From NCBI GenBank assembly GCA_965207785.1, contig CBDBNO010000012.1, positions 187,808 to 251,807 on the forward strand: a DNA stretch of 64,000 bases, given 5' to 3'. This stretch comes from Alphaproteobacteria bacterium. Its GTDB lineage: Bacteria > Pseudomonadota > Alphaproteobacteria > SP197. Under the pieces are notes generated by a model. The model worked only from the letters and a program-made list of their open reading frames with translations. It did not search any database and was not told the origin of the DNA. Every line of letters begins with the position of its first letter. Position 1 is the stretch's first letter. Both the position numbers and the translations under genes were made by a program. Positions 26,335 to 36,972 of this stretch are shown here, one piece after another.

Positions 26335-28626
26335 TCAGGCGCATTTGGAGAATCCGCAGGACGTGCAAAGATGGCACCCCTCCTGATGGATGAGACCGGG
26401 AAGGCCGCATCGCGGACAACTGGCGGAGCGGCGATGCGCTTCGCCAGCGGAACCGATGCTCTCTCCCGAATCGCTGATGAAACCGATGTTGGTCATGTGG
26501 GTCTCGAGAACATCGCCGATGGCGGCCAGCAGCGAGGGCACATAACGACCGTCCATCCATGAGCCGCCGCGCGGATCGAACACCGCCTTCAGTTCCTCGA
26601 CCACGAAACTCACGTCGCCACCACGGCGGAACACCGCCGAGATCATCCGGGTGAGACCCAGCGTCCAGGCGTAGTGATCCATGTTCTTCGAATTGATGAA
26701 GACCTCGAACGGCCGCCTCCGGCCATTCCTGACCACATCGTTCACGGTCAGGTAGATCGCATGGTCACTCTCCGGCCAGCGCAGCTTGTAGGTCCTCCCC
26801 GGGAGAACCTCGGGACGGTCGAGGGGCCGGGTCAGGTGAATGACGCCGGCCGTTTCGAACGCATCTCCCGGGGTTTCGGATCCGGGCTCGTCAAGGGGCA
26901 GCAAAGGCTCGGCGTCCGCGGCTGCGGGCGCCTCGAGGACAGCACCCGTGACGTCGTTCGGCCGGTAGGTCGTGCATCCCTTGCATCCCAACCGGTAGGC
27001 CTCGAGATAGACATCCTTGAAGTCCTCGAAGGCAATGTCCTCGGGCACGTTGATGGTCTTGGAGATCGAGCTGTCGATGTACTCCTGGACCGCCGCCTGC
27101 ATGCGGATGTGGTCGGCCGGCCTCAAGCCCTGGGCGTCCACGAAGTAGTCGGGCAAGGGAGCGGACTCGCCTCGCATCCGGCGCCACAGGCGGAGCGCAA
27201 AGTCGGTGACCTCCTCGCTCCTCCTGGTGCCGTCGGGCATCAGCACGTTGCGCGTGTAGGAGAAGGCAAAGACCGGTTCGAGACCAGACGAGATGTTGTC
27301 GGCGAAGAGCGAAATGGTGCCGGTCGGGGCGATCGATGTCAGCAGCGCATTGCGGATGCCGTTGGCGGCGATCGCCTCGCGCACATCCCGGTCGAGTCCG
27401 GCAACGGTGTCGCCCGCCAGATAGGCTTCGGCATCGAAGAGCGGGAAGGGTCCCTTTTCCTTCGCCAGGCGCGTCGATGCCAGATAGGCCTCGCGGCGCA
27501 GGTCTGCAAGCCAGCTGCGGGCCAGCGCGACCGCCCGTTCGCCGCCGTAATGCGCCTTCATCATGATGAGTGCGTCGGCAAGACCGGTGACGCCCAGGCC
27601 GATGCGCCGCTTGGCCACCGCCTCCTGGCGCTGTTCCTCGAGAGGAAAGCGCGAGACGTCGACGACGTTGTCCATCAGCCTCACCGCCGCCGCAACGGTG
27701 CGGGCGAATGCCTCGTGATCGAACCGGGCCTCATCGCCGAAGGGATCGGTGATGAAGCGCGTCAGGTTGAGCGATCCCAGCAGGCAGGCGCCATAGGGCG
27801 GAAGCGGCTGTTCGCCGCACGGGTTGGTGGCGGAAATGGTCTCGCAGTAGTGCAGGTTGTTCCGCCGGTTGATGCGGTCGATGAAGACGACGCCGGGCTC
27901 CGCACAGGCATAGGTGCTGCGCATGATCCGGTCCCACAGGGCACGGGCCGACACCGTTCCATGGACGACCCCGTCAAAGGTCAGCTTCCATGCATCGTCC
28001 TGCCGGACCGCGGTCATGAAGGCATCGCTGACCAGCACCGAGAGATTGAACATGCGCAACCGCCCGGCTTCCTGCTTGGCGTCGATGAAAGCCTCGATGT
28101 CCGGATGGTCGCAGCGCATGGTCGCCATCATCGCGCCGCGCCGATGGCCGGCGCTCATGATGGTGCGGCACATGGAATCCCAGACATCCATGAAGGTCAA
28201 CGGCCCGGAGGCGTCGGCGCCCACGCCACGAACGGCGGCACCCTTCGGCCTCAGAGTCGAGAAGTCGTAGCCGATCCCGCCACCGGCCTGCATGGTGAGT
28301 GCCGCTTCCTTCAGGTGATCGAAGATACCGCCCATGTCATCGGGAATGGTCCCCATGACAAAGCAGTTGAAGAGCGTGACATTCCTCTCGGTGCCCGCAC
28401 CGGCCAGAATCCTGCCGGCAGGCAGGAAGCGGTAGCCCGACATGGCTTGAAGGAACTGTTCCTCGATTCGGCAACGGTTCCCGGCGTCCTCCACCGACGC
28501 GCAGGCATTCGCCACCCGTCGCCAGGTCGCCTCGACATTGTCGTCCACCGGCGTGCCGTCGGGGCCCTTGAGACGGTACTTCATGTCCCAGATCTGCAGG
28601 GCAATGGGGGATTGTGCGTCGCTCAT
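26335..28626 (-). CDS. nrdJ: Adenosylcobalamin-dependent (class II) ribonucleotide reductase NrdJ
   Basis: It has the class II RNR active-site region (..NPCGEQPLPPYGACLLGSLNL..) and a C-terminal zinc ribbon CPRCG...CHLCTSCG. The start is MSDAQSPIALQIWDMKY. A longer ORF to 28713 would overlap plsC. Confidence 0.9.
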   Translation of the reverse strand: MSDAQSPIALQIWDMKYRLKGPDGTPVDDNVEATWRRVANACASVEDAGNRCRIEEQFLQAMSGYRFLPAGRILAGAGTERNVTLFNCFVMGTIPDDMGGIFDHLKEAALTMQAGGGIGYDFSTLRPKGAAVRGVGADASGPLTFMDVWDSMCRTIMSAGHRRGAMMATMRCDHPDIEAFIDAKQEAGRLRMFNLSVLVSDAFMTAVRQDDAWKLTFDGVVHGTVSARALWDRIMRSTYACAEPGVVFIDRINRRNNLHYCETISATNPCGEQPLPPYGACLLGSLNLTRFITDPFGDEARFDHEAFARTVAAAVRLMDNVVDVSRFPLEEQRQEAVAKRRIGLGVTGLADALIMMKAHYGGERAVALARSWLADLRREAYLASTRLAKEKGPFPLFDAEAYLAGDTVAGLDRDVREAIAANGIRNALLTSIAPTGTISLFADNISSGLEPVFAFSYTRNVLMPDGTRRSEEVTDFALRLWRRMRGESAPLPDYFVDAQGLRPADHIRMQAAVQEYIDSSISKTINVPEDIAFEDFKDVYLEAYRLGCKGCTTYRPNDVTGAVLEAPAAADAEPLLPLDEPGSETPGDAFETAGVIHLTRPLDRPEVLPGRTYKLRWPESDHAIYLTVNDVVRNGRRRPFEVFINSKNMDHYAWTLGLTRMISAVFRRGGDVSFVVEELKAVFDPRGGSWMDGRYVPSLLAAIGDVLETHMTNIGFISDSGESIGSAGEAHRRSASCPRCGLPGLIHQEGCHLCTSCGFSKCA

Positions 28627-28678
28627 CAAGGCATCTCTTGCCACTCTCGTGACATCATAACGTTCCTCATATGTACCA

Positions 28679-29407
28679 TCAACTGCGGTTCCCTTTCCTG
28701 GCTTCGGCGACAAGCTCGCTGGTTCCGTTTTCTATCCTTGATTCAAGCTCTTCCATGAATCGTGACCGTGGCAGGGCAGGCGGAATCGCCTCGAGAAACG
28801 CCATGACGGCGCACCCCGGCCTCTTTTTGATCTGCCGGCGCGGCCAGAAGACCCCACAGTTGAGCGCCACCGGAACCACCGGCACCCCCAGCGCGACATA
28901 AAGTCCGGCAACGCCACGCTGGTAGGCAACCCTTTCGCCTGGAGCCGTGCGTGTCCCTTCGGGAAAGATCACGATGCACCTGCCCTCGTCGGTGACCCTT
29001 GCCGCGTGACCCAGGATCCGGCGCAGCGAGGCAAGGCCGGCACGGCGATCAATGGCCAGGCAGTCCATGGCCGAAACGAACCAGCCGACAACCGGAAGAC
29101 GAACGATTTCCTGCTTGATGACGAAACAGGCATCCGGAAACAGCCGCACGAGAGCATAGGCTTCCAGGGCCGACTGATGTTTGACCGCAATCAGTGCCGG
29201 ACCGCACGGCAGGTTGTTCCTGCCCCTCACCTCGAGCCTGAGTCCGGCCACCACGTCGAGGAGAAAGAGTTGCACGCCGGCAAACCAGACAGGAACCCGG
29301 GCGGCCAGGCGGCGCGCAAGGAGCAGTGCCGGCAACATCGTGAGACCCAGAAACACCATGACGCCAAGCGACAGGACGAGAAACGCGCATGATCTGACGG
29401 CGGTCAT
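28679..29407 (-). CDS. plsC: 1-acyl-sn-glycerol-3-phosphate acyltransferase
   Basis: The HxxxxD acyltransferase motif (VKHQSALEAY, within AVKHQSALE) and the FPEGTR motif are present. The ATG overlaps the upstream gene stop (ATGA). Confidence 0.8.
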   Translation of the reverse strand: MTAVRSCAFLVLSLGVMVFLGLTMLPALLLARRLAARVPVWFAGVQLFLLDVVAGLRLEVRGRNNLPCGPALIAVKHQSALEAYALVRLFPDACFVIKQEIVRLPVVGWFVSAMDCLAIDRRAGLASLRRILGHAARVTDEGRCIVIFPEGTRTAPGERVAYQRGVAGLYVALGVPVVPVALNCGVFWPRRQIKKRPGCAVMAFLEAIPPALPRSRFMEELESRIENGTSELVAEARKGNRS

Positions 29408-29979
29408 GCCGGAGGCCAGATCAGGCTGACGAGATACTTGGAGTACTCGCCGGCAAGAAGCAGCAGGGTCCGAGGATGGCGCCACCAGATATCCAGATGC
29501 ACCGCTCCTGACACGACCGGGTAGGGAATGACATCGATCGCCGGCATGATCCTGTGGAAGAGTACAAGACTGCGCGGCATGTGATAATTGGCGGTCACAA
29601 GGATCATGGACGTGCGTCCTCCCGCCGCCATCCAGTTCGCTGTCTCGCGCACATTGCCCACGGTATGACGGGCATCGTGTCCAAGATCGATGCAGCAGGC
29701 CAGGGTTGTAGGCGCCTGACTATTGAGATCGAGGATCTCGGCGACATCGACGCCACTGTGAACACCGGTGACGAAAAGGCGATCCGCCATTCCCTCTTGC
29801 AAGAGTTCGATCCCGGCGGGCAGCCGTTCCCTCCCTCCCGTGAGCACGACGATTGCATCCGCCTTCCGGCTTGCCACCGGCGGCGTTTCCGGGTTGATCT
29901 GCGTGACAAAGCGCATCAGGCCGCCAACCCATATCGCCACCAGAATCGCCACCAGGACGATGACAAGCCGCGCCTTCAA
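29404..29979 (-). CDS. SanA/YdcF-like DUF218 domain membrane protein
   Basis: The C-terminal part of the composite ORF 29404..30573 reads ...RKADAIVVLTGGRERLPAGIELLQEG...LGHDARHTVGNVRETANWM...MILVTANYHMPRSL. A TTG start is assumed at 29979. Confidence 0.55.
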   Translation of the reverse strand: MKARLVIVLVAILVAIWVGGLMRFVTQINPETPPVASRKADAIVVLTGGRERLPAGIELLQEGMADRLFVTGVHSGVDVAEILDLNSQAPTTLACCIDLGHDARHTVGNVRETANWMAAGGRTSMILVTANYHMPRSLVLFHRIMPAIDVIPYPVVSGAVHLDIWWRHPRTLLLLAGEYSKYLVSLIWPPA

Positions 29980-29993
29980 CGCGCTCCTCCGCC

Positions 29994-30881
29994 TCACGGC
30001 ATGCGACCCAGTGAGGTGATCACCGTTACCCGCGCAGCCACCATCGCCACCAGCGCCGCGACGACGGGAAGCGCGCCGAGAAAGATCCACTCGCGGGTCC
30101 CGAGGGAGACCGCCGGCAACAGGGGAGCCTCCACACTGCCGGGCAATTCGCGCATCAAGATCATCATGATGATGATGGCCAGAACGTTGCCGGGTATGCC
30201 TCCCACCAACGCCAGAAGGAGGGACTGGTTCTGGAACTGGATCGCGATGTAGCTGTCCTGGGCTCCGATCTGGTGCATGATCTCGATCGTGTCCTGATGT
30301 ATGGACAGAGCCGTCCGCGTCACGTAGACGATCGAGACAACGGAGATCAGCGCGATGATGACCAGCATCAGGGCGGTCACCAGCTGAACGGTACCGACGG
30401 TGCTGTGCACGGCGAGGAGCCACTGCGGTTCGACATAGACTGTGACGGCGCCGGCGGTCTCTTCGAGAATCTGCTCGATGATGTCGCTTCTCAGGGCGTC
30501 GGCCGACAGGGCTTCGATCTCGATCAGCACCGGCAACGGCAACAGATCCAGGTCGGGCCTGCCACCAGTCCACGCCTCGATGGTCTCGAGAATCTCGTCA
30601 TCGCCGACCAGGCGGACCCGGGTGATTCCAGGCAACTGCGCCAGCACCTCGATGGAGGTGGTGACCGTCTCTTCGCTGGCGCTGTCCCGGGACATCTCGA
30701 TGGTGGCGCGATGCTGCTGACCGGTGATCTGCCACCCGTCGGCGACTTCATCGATGGCCAGCGACGCCCCGAGCACAAGGGTCGACAGGAACACCATGGC
30801 GCCGATGATTGTCGGAACAAAGCTGGACGAGGGATCCGATGCGAGCGGGACCTCCCGCGGTCGCTGTCGCCACCTCACCAT
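29994..30881 (-). CDS. ftsX: Cell division ABC transporter permease FtsX
   Basis: It has 4 TM helices with a large periplasmic loop and a FtsX-like C-terminus. The start overlaps the ftsE stop (ATGGTGA). Confidence 0.85.
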   Translation of the reverse strand: MVRWRQRPREVPLASDPSSSFVPTIIGAMVFLSTLVLGASLAIDEVADGWQITGQQHRATIEMSRDSASEETVTTSIEVLAQLPGITRVRLVGDDEILETIEAWTGGRPDLDLLPLPVLIEIEALSADALRSDIIEQILEETAGAVTVYVEPQWLLAVHSTVGTVQLVTALMLVIIALISVVSIVYVTRTALSIHQDTIEIMHQIGAQDSYIAIQFQNQSLLLALVGGIPGNVLAIIIMMILMRELPGSVEAPLLPAVSLGTREWIFLGALPVVAALVAMVAARVTVITSLGRMP

Positions 30882-31540
30882 GGGCGGCCCGCCTTCAGGA
30901 AGCCTTCCTTGAGGTGGAGGACCGGATGGGGAAACCGCTGCGGAAGTCTGGTGTTGTGGGTGGCGATCACGAGGGTCGTGCCGTGACGATTGAGCTCCAT
31001 GAAGAGCATCATCAGGCGATCTGCCATCGGCTCGTCGAGATTGCCCGTCGGCTCATCGGCGAGCAGCACATCCGGCTGGCCGATCACTGCCCTCGCCACG
31101 GCGACCCGCTGCTTTTCACCACCCGACATGAAGGGCGGCTTCACCTCGGCCATGGTATCGAGGCCCACCCATTCCAGCAGCTGGTGGACGTGATCGCGCA
31201 CCATATCCGGGTCCGTACCGACCAGGCGCAGCGGCAGCGCAACGTTGTCGAATGCGGAGAGATGATCGAGCAGGTTGTAGTCCTGGAAAACGACACCGAT
31301 GCGCCGGCGGAAGCCCGTGAGGGCGCTCCGCGTTGCCGTCGCCACATCCTGTCCGAACATGGTCAGCAGCCCCCGGGTGGGCCGCCGGCCAAGATAGAGC
31401 AGGCTCAAGAGCGAGGTCTTGCCGGCGCCTGTGGGTCCGACGAGATAGTGGCCGGATCCCGATTCCAGGGTGAGATCGATGTCGTGCAGGACTTCCGGTC
31501 CACTGCCATAGCGCAGACCGACGTTTTCAAACCGAATCAC
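30875..31540 (-). CDS. ftsE: Cell division ATP-binding protein FtsE
   Basis: VIRFENVGLRYG... matches E. coli FtsE MIRFEHVSKAY. Walker A GPTGAGKTSLL, the signature SGGEKQRVAVARA and Walker B LLADEPTGNLD are present. A GTG start is assumed. Confidence 0.9.
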   Translation of the reverse strand: MIRFENVGLRYGSGPEVLHDIDLTLESGSGHYLVGPTGAGKTSLLSLLYLGRRPTRGLLTMFGQDVATATRSALTGFRRRIGVVFQDYNLLDHLSAFDNVALPLRLVGTDPDMVRDHVHQLLEWVGLDTMAEVKPPFMSGGEKQRVAVARAVIGQPDVLLADEPTGNLDEPMADRLMMLFMELNRHGTTLVIATHNTRLPQRFPHPVLHLKEGFLKAGRPW

Positions 31541-31636
31541 GTCAACTTTCCCTGCTTCATGCCCGATGAGGAGGCAAGGTCCCCTGGACACTATCACAGT
31601 GCCGGACCCGACTGCATGCCATGAGCGGAAGGGGTG

Positions 31637-34036
31637 TCAGAACCGCCTGAGCAGGCGGCGGAGGTACTCCTGCTCCTCCTGGGGCCTGTGCTGTTCGGCG
31701 GCGCGACGTTTCAACTCCTCAAGTATCTGGCGAACGCGGATGAGGGATCCCTTGTCGGGAATGTTGATATCGTCGGTGGCGGAACCGATTGAGTTGCCGA
31801 GACTGCGGCCAATCGGGTCCCTGGGTGCGGAGAAGAATCCCTGGGAGTCTCCGGCCACGCCTTCCCCGAGGAGATCGAGAATCTGCGCCATCATGTCGCC
31901 GGCGCCTTCCTTGAGGAAATCGACTGCTTCTGTCTGGTGGTCGACCGCATGCCCCGGACGGTTGGCGTCGAGCTGGCGGACAGCGCGGCGCATCGAGCGG
32001 TGGGCCCGGTTGTAGTGGCGGGGCACGTCGTAGCCGAACTCTTCCATGCGCTCCATGAAACTCTCGAGCACATCCCTCACGTCAGCCTGGCGACCGGCCT
32101 GCGAGGTCGTGTCGATGTCCTCTTCGCCGACATCGCGCAGAATCCTGAAACTCTCGTCCAGCAGTTGCTGCTGCTCGCTGATGATCTGACGGATGGTCTG
32201 GATCAGTTCCACGGCTTCGGCAGACGAACTTCCCGAAAGATCGCTGAGATTGCCCACGGAGATGCTTTCCATGATCTCCTGGAGACGCGTCAGCAGGGTC
32301 CGGGCCTGCTGGCGCGAACCGGTGCGCACCAGTTCGGTGATCCTGTCCACGAGATCGGTCAGTTCGCGGCTGCCGACCGCTTTCAACGCCTCGGTGGGGT
32401 CGAACAGCTCTCCTGGATCCGAACGCAGTCTGTTCGAAAGGGCACGCATGTAGTCGTCCATGGCGTTGCGCAGTTCCGCGAGCAGGCGTTCGATCTCTGC
32501 ATCCGGCGCACCGTCGCTGAGGGCCTTGAGAATCTGCTGCTGAAGATCGCGCACCCGCTGCTCGGCGAAAGCCAGCGGACCCTCTTCGATGGCAAGCGCC
32601 GTTTCCCACATCAGTCCGATCACGTCGTCGTCTGTCGATTCCCGACCGGCGCTGTAATCGAGGCGCAGGGCGCCTGTTACCAGCGCCAGGTGAACATCGA
32701 TCTCCGAAAGGTAGGATTCCGGCTCCCTTGAAAGACGGTGCAACACCGAGGCCGTCTCGCCAGCCAGGTCCCGGTCGACCGCGAAGGCCTTGCGCTGCTT
32801 CGCGATCTCGCGCGCCACCGGATGATGGAAAAAGCGCTCCGGCATCTCGAAGGTATGACGGACGCTCGCACTGCTCTGGCCGATTTCGTCCGTGGCGATC
32901 AGAATCAGTTCCACCTCGTGACCCGCCCATGGATGCGCCATGAGATTGTAGAAGGCGGGACCCGACACGGTGCGGATTCCCGGCTGCGCCAGCGGCACGG
33001 ATATCAGCAACACATCATCGTCGGCACCGTCCGGACGGCGTATCTCACCGGTGATGGACATGAGACCGTAATCGTCGCTGGCGGCAACATCGAGACGCAG
33101 CCCGGTCCGCAGTGTCTCGGCAGGCTCCGCCGTGAGGGCGACCTGGGGCGGTTCATCGGCGATGAAGGTGATCGTTCGCCCATCCAGCACGATGCCGGAC
33201 TGGATGATCGAGAACCGCGTTCCGCTGTCCAGCACATGGGTGATCTGCCAGTTCTCTTCTCCGGCGCTGGTGAAGTCGAACGTCCCGTCGTCGACAGTCA
33301 GCACCGGAGTACCGGAGCCGCCGCGGACCTGCACCACCAGTTCGCTGCCGACGGGCACCGCCACCGGGTGGTCCTCTGCGCTCTGCTCGAACCAGATGGG
33401 AGCGACGTCGGTATAGGCCGGAGGCGTGATCCAGAACGTCGCCTCGCCGGCAGCACCGGCGCTTCCGCTCACGGAGTACCCTGGCTGCAGCAAAGCGGAG
33501 AAGTTGGCCCGGGCCTGCGACCAGCCGGCAATCACTCCCCAGGCCAGGACCAGCAGGGCAAGATACCTGAGGGCGAAGCGGTCGCGAGAGGCCACCGCAC
33601 TGAGCGGCCAGCCGACCCGCAGGAGGCGAACGCGCCCGGCTTCCCGCGTCCGGTGCAATTCGAACAGCGCCTGGCTCGCCCCGTCCTGGAGATCGCCCGC
33701 ATAGGCATCGTCGAGCGCCATCAAGGGTCTGTGCGGCACACCACTTCCGGTTTCGAGGCGGCGTCGCACATGCCCTTCCGCAGGCCAGGCAAATCCCCTG
33801 AAATCCCGCCACAGGACCAGAGGTGCGGCAACGCTGAAGAAGACGAGAAGGGCGATGTGGAGGATCCCGGGGAGCGATGACACGACTCCGAGCAGGACGA
33901 GTCCCAGGAAGAGGATGACGAGGGACGCAGCGCGCCAGGACCGGATGACGAGATCCTCCCAGACCAGCGCCAGGCGGGCCAGAACCAGCCGCCGCGCGAT
34001 GAAGGCGGACGCACCGTGGTCAGAGGACCGTGTCAT
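31637..34036 (-). CDS. DUF4175-family large membrane-anchored protein (alphaproteobacterial, about 800 aa)
   Basis: N-terminal TM helices are followed by a long Asp/Glu/Arg-rich helical C-terminal region. It lies at the conserved position next to lysA. Confidence 0.5.
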   Translation of the reverse strand: MTRSSDHGASAFIARRLVLARLALVWEDLVIRSWRAASLVILFLGLVLLGVVSSLPGILHIALLVFFSVAAPLVLWRDFRGFAWPAEGHVRRRLETGSGVPHRPLMALDDAYAGDLQDGASQALFELHRTREAGRVRLLRVGWPLSAVASRDRFALRYLALLVLAWGVIAGWSQARANFSALLQPGYSVSGSAGAAGEATFWITPPAYTDVAPIWFEQSAEDHPVAVPVGSELVVQVRGGSGTPVLTVDDGTFDFTSAGEENWQITHVLDSGTRFSIIQSGIVLDGRTITFIADEPPQVALTAEPAETLRTGLRLDVAASDDYGLMSITGEIRRPDGADDDVLLISVPLAQPGIRTVSGPAFYNLMAHPWAGHEVELILIATDEIGQSSASVRHTFEMPERFFHHPVAREIAKQRKAFAVDRDLAGETASVLHRLSREPESYLSEIDVHLALVTGALRLDYSAGRESTDDDVIGLMWETALAIEEGPLAFAEQRVRDLQQQILKALSDGAPDAEIERLLAELRNAMDDYMRALSNRLRSDPGELFDPTEALKAVGSRELTDLVDRITELVRTGSRQQARTLLTRLQEIMESISVGNLSDLSGSSSAEAVELIQTIRQIISEQQQLLDESFRILRDVGEEDIDTTSQAGRQADVRDVLESFMERMEEFGYDVPRHYNRAHRSMRRAVRQLDANRPGHAVDHQTEAVDFLKEGAGDMMAQILDLLGEGVAGDSQGFFSAPRDPIGRSLGNSIGSATDDINIPDKGSLIRVRQILEELKRRAAEQHRPQEEQEYLRRLLRRF

Positions 34037-35282
34037 GGCTCTGCAGGTCTGGAACTGTCTCCAGCGCCATCATTTCATCATGTCCTGGCCGTCTGCGGAC
34101 CACGGCATGGCGATCTTGGTTCACCATCACCTCCGGTACCAGCAAGCGTCCATTGTAACCCGAGGCCATGACGGCGCCATAGGCACCGGCGTGACCGATG
34201 GCCAGCAGGTCACCGTCTTCGAGAGCGGGCAACATCACGTCCCGGGCCAGCACGTCGCCCGATTCGCAAACCGGCCCTGCCACCACGGATTCGAGCAGCG
34301 GTGCCGCCGCTTCGCGGTGTGGCCAGACCGGATGGCGCGCACCATAGAGTGTCGGCCGCACGAGGTCGTTCATGGCCGCATCGACGATGACGATGCGTTT
34401 CGACCCGGCCTGCTTGACCGTGTTCACCCCGGTTACAAGGACGCCGGCAGACGCGACCAGCCAGCGTCCAGGTTCAATGGCGAGTTCCGCATCCGTCCGG
34501 CAGCGGATATCCGCCAGCAGACGCGCATAACCGTCGAGGTCAATCGACTCTTCCGCGTCGTGGTAGGCGATGCCCAGGCCGCCGCCAAGGTCGAGTGAGG
34601 CCACACCGTCCAGCGAGCCCGCCAGGTTCAGCAGCCTGTCAAAGGCGGTACGGTAGAGTCCGATATCGTGTATCTGGGAGCCGATGTGAACCGCGAGTCC
34701 AACAGGCTGGACCAGGGGATGAGCCAGGGCCCTTGACCACAAGTGACGGATGGTGGCCGCGGGGAGGCCGAACTTGTCGGTCTGCCGCCCGGTGGAGATC
34801 TTCTCGTGCCCGCCTGCATCGACATCCGGATTGAACCGGAATGCCACGGGCGCTTCCTTGCGCAGACTGTCGCAGATCTCCAGGATGCGCTCGAATTCGC
34901 CTTCGCTCTCGACGTTGATCTGCCTGATGCCGTTCTCCAGGGCGAAGACGATCTCGTCGCGGGACTTGCCAACGCCAGAGAAGACAATCGTGCTGCCGTC
35001 GAGTCCCGCGACCAGGCAACGATGGATCTCGCCGGCCGAAACGACATCCGCCCCCGCACCCAGGCCACCGAGGAGATGGACGACCGCGAGATTGCTGTTA
35101 GCCTTGACCGCGTAGAGGACCGATGTGCCGGTCCCGGCCACCGCGTCCCGGAGGCGAAGGAAGCGGTCGCGCAGCGCCGTCGCGCTGTAACAGTAGAAGG
35201 GCGTGCCAACCTCGCGGGCAATGCTTGCGAGATCCACCTCCTCCACATGCAACCGCCCGTTGCGGTACGTGAAGGCGTTCAA
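34020..35282 (-). CDS. lysA: Diaminopimelate decarboxylase
   Basis: The PLP-binding YAVKANSNLAV is present, plus ...GTPFYCYS..., GGGLGIAY and EPGR. The likely TTG start overlaps the stop of the small lipoprotein gene. An alternative GTG lies about 30 nt downstream. Confidence 0.9.
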   Translation of the reverse strand: MNAFTYRNGRLHVEEVDLASIAREVGTPFYCYSATALRDRFLRLRDAVAGTGTSVLYAVKANSNLAVVHLLGGLGAGADVVSAGEIHRCLVAGLDGSTIVFSGVGKSRDEIVFALENGIRQINVESEGEFERILEICDSLRKEAPVAFRFNPDVDAGGHEKISTGRQTDKFGLPAATIRHLWSRALAHPLVQPVGLAVHIGSQIHDIGLYRTAFDRLLNLAGSLDGVASLDLGGGLGIAYHDAEESIDLDGYARLLADIRCRTDAELAIEPGRWLVASAGVLVTGVNTVKQAGSKRIVIVDAAMNDLVRPTLYGARHPVWPHREAAAPLLESVVAGPVCESGDVLARDVMLPALEDGDLLAIGHAGAYGAVMASGYNGRLLVPEVMVNQDRHAVVRRRPGHDEMMALETVPDLQSHDTVL

Positions 35283-35389
35283 CTGTCGCCCGACTCCCCG
35301 TCCGAGCCGGGGCGTGTCAGATCCCCCTTGCGCCCGCATGCGGCTGCAAGGGCTGCAAGCACCAGCATCAGGGCACTGCGTCTGGTCAT
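35279..35389 (-). CDS. Small lipoprotein (36 aa), LptM/YifL-like, between argH and lysA
   Basis: [36 protein letters not shown] has a signal peptide and a lipobox LAAAC. Its ATG overlaps the argH TGA (ATGA), and its TGA overlaps the lysA TTG. It is absent from the ORF track because it is under the length cutoff. Confidence 0.6.
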   Translation of the reverse strand: MTRRSALMLVLAALAAACGRKGDLTRPGSDGESGDS

Positions 35390-36783
35390 GCAAGATATCT
35401 CCTGCGGGCTTCTTCTACCGCTTCAGCCACCCGTTGTGGCGCCGTGCCGCCCGAACTCGCACGGCTGGCGACCGAAGAATCGACTGTGAGAACGTGGCGT
35501 ACCGAGGCATCGAGACGGTCGTCCACCCGGCGCATCGCGTCAAGCGGCAACGACGCCAGATCGCACCCCTTCTCCTCGGCAAGCGCCACGAGCCGGCCGG
35601 TGGTGCGATGGGCTTCCCGGAACGGAAGGCCCTTCTCGCGAACCAGCCAGTCCGCGAGATCGGTTGCGGTCATGAAACCATCGTCCATGCGCGCCCTCAT
35701 GACTTCCGTGTTGACGGTCATGCCGCGTATCATGGCCGCTGCCGCCGGAATCGCCAGCAGCAGCGTCGCGGCGGCATCGAAGAGCGGTTCCTTGTCTTCC
35801 TGCATGTCCTTGCCGTAGGTCATCGGCAGACCCTTGAGCATGGTCAGAAGCGACATCAGGGCGCCGGTCAGGCGTCCGGCCTTGCCGCGCACCAGTTCGG
35901 CGGCGTCGGCATTGCGTTTCTGGGGCATGATCGACGAGCCCGTGGTCAGACTGTCGGGCAGGCGCACAAATCCGAAGTTCGGACTGGTCCACAGGACGAG
36001 TTCTTCCGCCAGTCGCGACAGGTGCACGCCGATGATGGCGCCGGCAGCGAGAAACTCCAGGCAGAAATCCCGGTCCGACACTGCATCCATGGAATTGGCC
36101 GCCGGCCGGTCGAAGCCCAGCGAGGCGGCCGTCGCTTCCCGGTCTATGGGAAACGATGTCCCGGCCAGCGCCGCGGCCCCCAACGGTGATTCGTTCATTC
36201 TGCGCCGACAGTCCTTCAGCCTGCCTCTATCGCGGCCGAACATCTCGACATAGGCAAGCATGTGATGGCCGAAGGTGACGGGCTGGGCGGGCTGCAGGTG
36301 TGTCATGCCCGGCATGACCGACGCCGCATGCCGGTCCGCCTGGCCAATCAGCGACTCCTGCAGACCGGTGAGCGCCTCATCGAGATGATCGAGGTGATCG
36401 CGCAACCACAGGCGCAGGTCCGTCGCCACCTGGTCGTTGCGCGAACGCGCCGTGTGCAGGCGCCGGGCCGGCTCGCCGATGAGATCGGCAAGACGTGACT
36501 CGATGTTCATGTGGACATCTTCCAGCGCCGGGTCCCAGGTCATGGTCCCGTCCTCGATCTCGCGGGCGATGCGATCGAGTCCCTCCTGAATGGCATCGTT
36601 GTCGGCGGCCGAAATGATGCCCGCGGCTGCCAGCATGGAGGCGTGGGCTCTGGATCCGGTGATGTCGTAGGGCGCCAGCTGGCGGTCAAAATCCACCGAG
36701 GCGTTGATCCGCTCCATGATGGCGGACGGCTCCTCGCGGAAGCGGCCGCCCCGGACAGGGTTGGAGTTGTTCTCTGCTGACAT
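35386..36783 (-). CDS. argH: Argininosuccinate lyase
   Basis: The fumarate lyase signature [10 protein letters not shown] and the ArgH-specific motifs [11 protein letters not shown] and SRNDQVATD are present. Confidence 0.95.
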   Translation of the reverse strand: MSAENNSNPVRGGRFREEPSAIMERINASVDFDRQLAPYDITGSRAHASMLAAAGIISAADNDAIQEGLDRIAREIEDGTMTWDPALEDVHMNIESRLADLIGEPARRLHTARSRNDQVATDLRLWLRDHLDHLDEALTGLQESLIGQADRHAASVMPGMTHLQPAQPVTFGHHMLAYVEMFGRDRGRLKDCRRRMNESPLGAAALAGTSFPIDREATAASLGFDRPAANSMDAVSDRDFCLEFLAAGAIIGVHLSRLAEELVLWTSPNFGFVRLPDSLTTGSSIMPQKRNADAAELVRGKAGRLTGALMSLLTMLKGLPMTYGKDMQEDKEPLFDAAATLLLAIPAAAAMIRGMTVNTEVMRARMDDGFMTATDLADWLVREKGLPFREAHRTTGRLVALAEEKGCDLASLPLDAMRRVDDRLDASVRHVLTVDSSVASRASSGGTAPQRVAEAVEEARRRYLA

Positions 36784-36972
36784 GCCAATCAGGCGCCGGA
36801 GCGGATTGTCGATGCTGGTACCGGCCTGCCGACGCATGCCATGAGGCCGGAACGCGCCGCGGAGTGTAGCGGGCGCCGGCAACCGTGTCCAAAGACTGCC
36901 GGAAGAGGTCACGGACGCAGACGTGGCGTTTGCGTTTCAACCGGGTATTCTCCGCATCTCCTCGATACCGCG

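Noticed and set aside
28627-28713. A longer nrdJ start at 28713 (MSPKPGKG...)
   Set aside because: It would overlap the plsC 3' end by 35 bp. The class II RNR homology begins at the internal Met (28626), so the shorter gene was chosen.
28627-28760. A cobalamin riboswitch upstream of nrdJ
   Set aside because: No free leader exists because plsC ends at 28679, right at the nrdJ start region. Class II RNR genes are not usually B12-riboswitch controlled.
29404-30573. A 389-aa minus-strand ORF
   Set aside because: It is a composite. Only its last about 190 codons (29404..29979) read as a real SanA/DUF218 protein. The upstream part overlaps ftsX in another frame and is Arg-rich with no recognisable domain.
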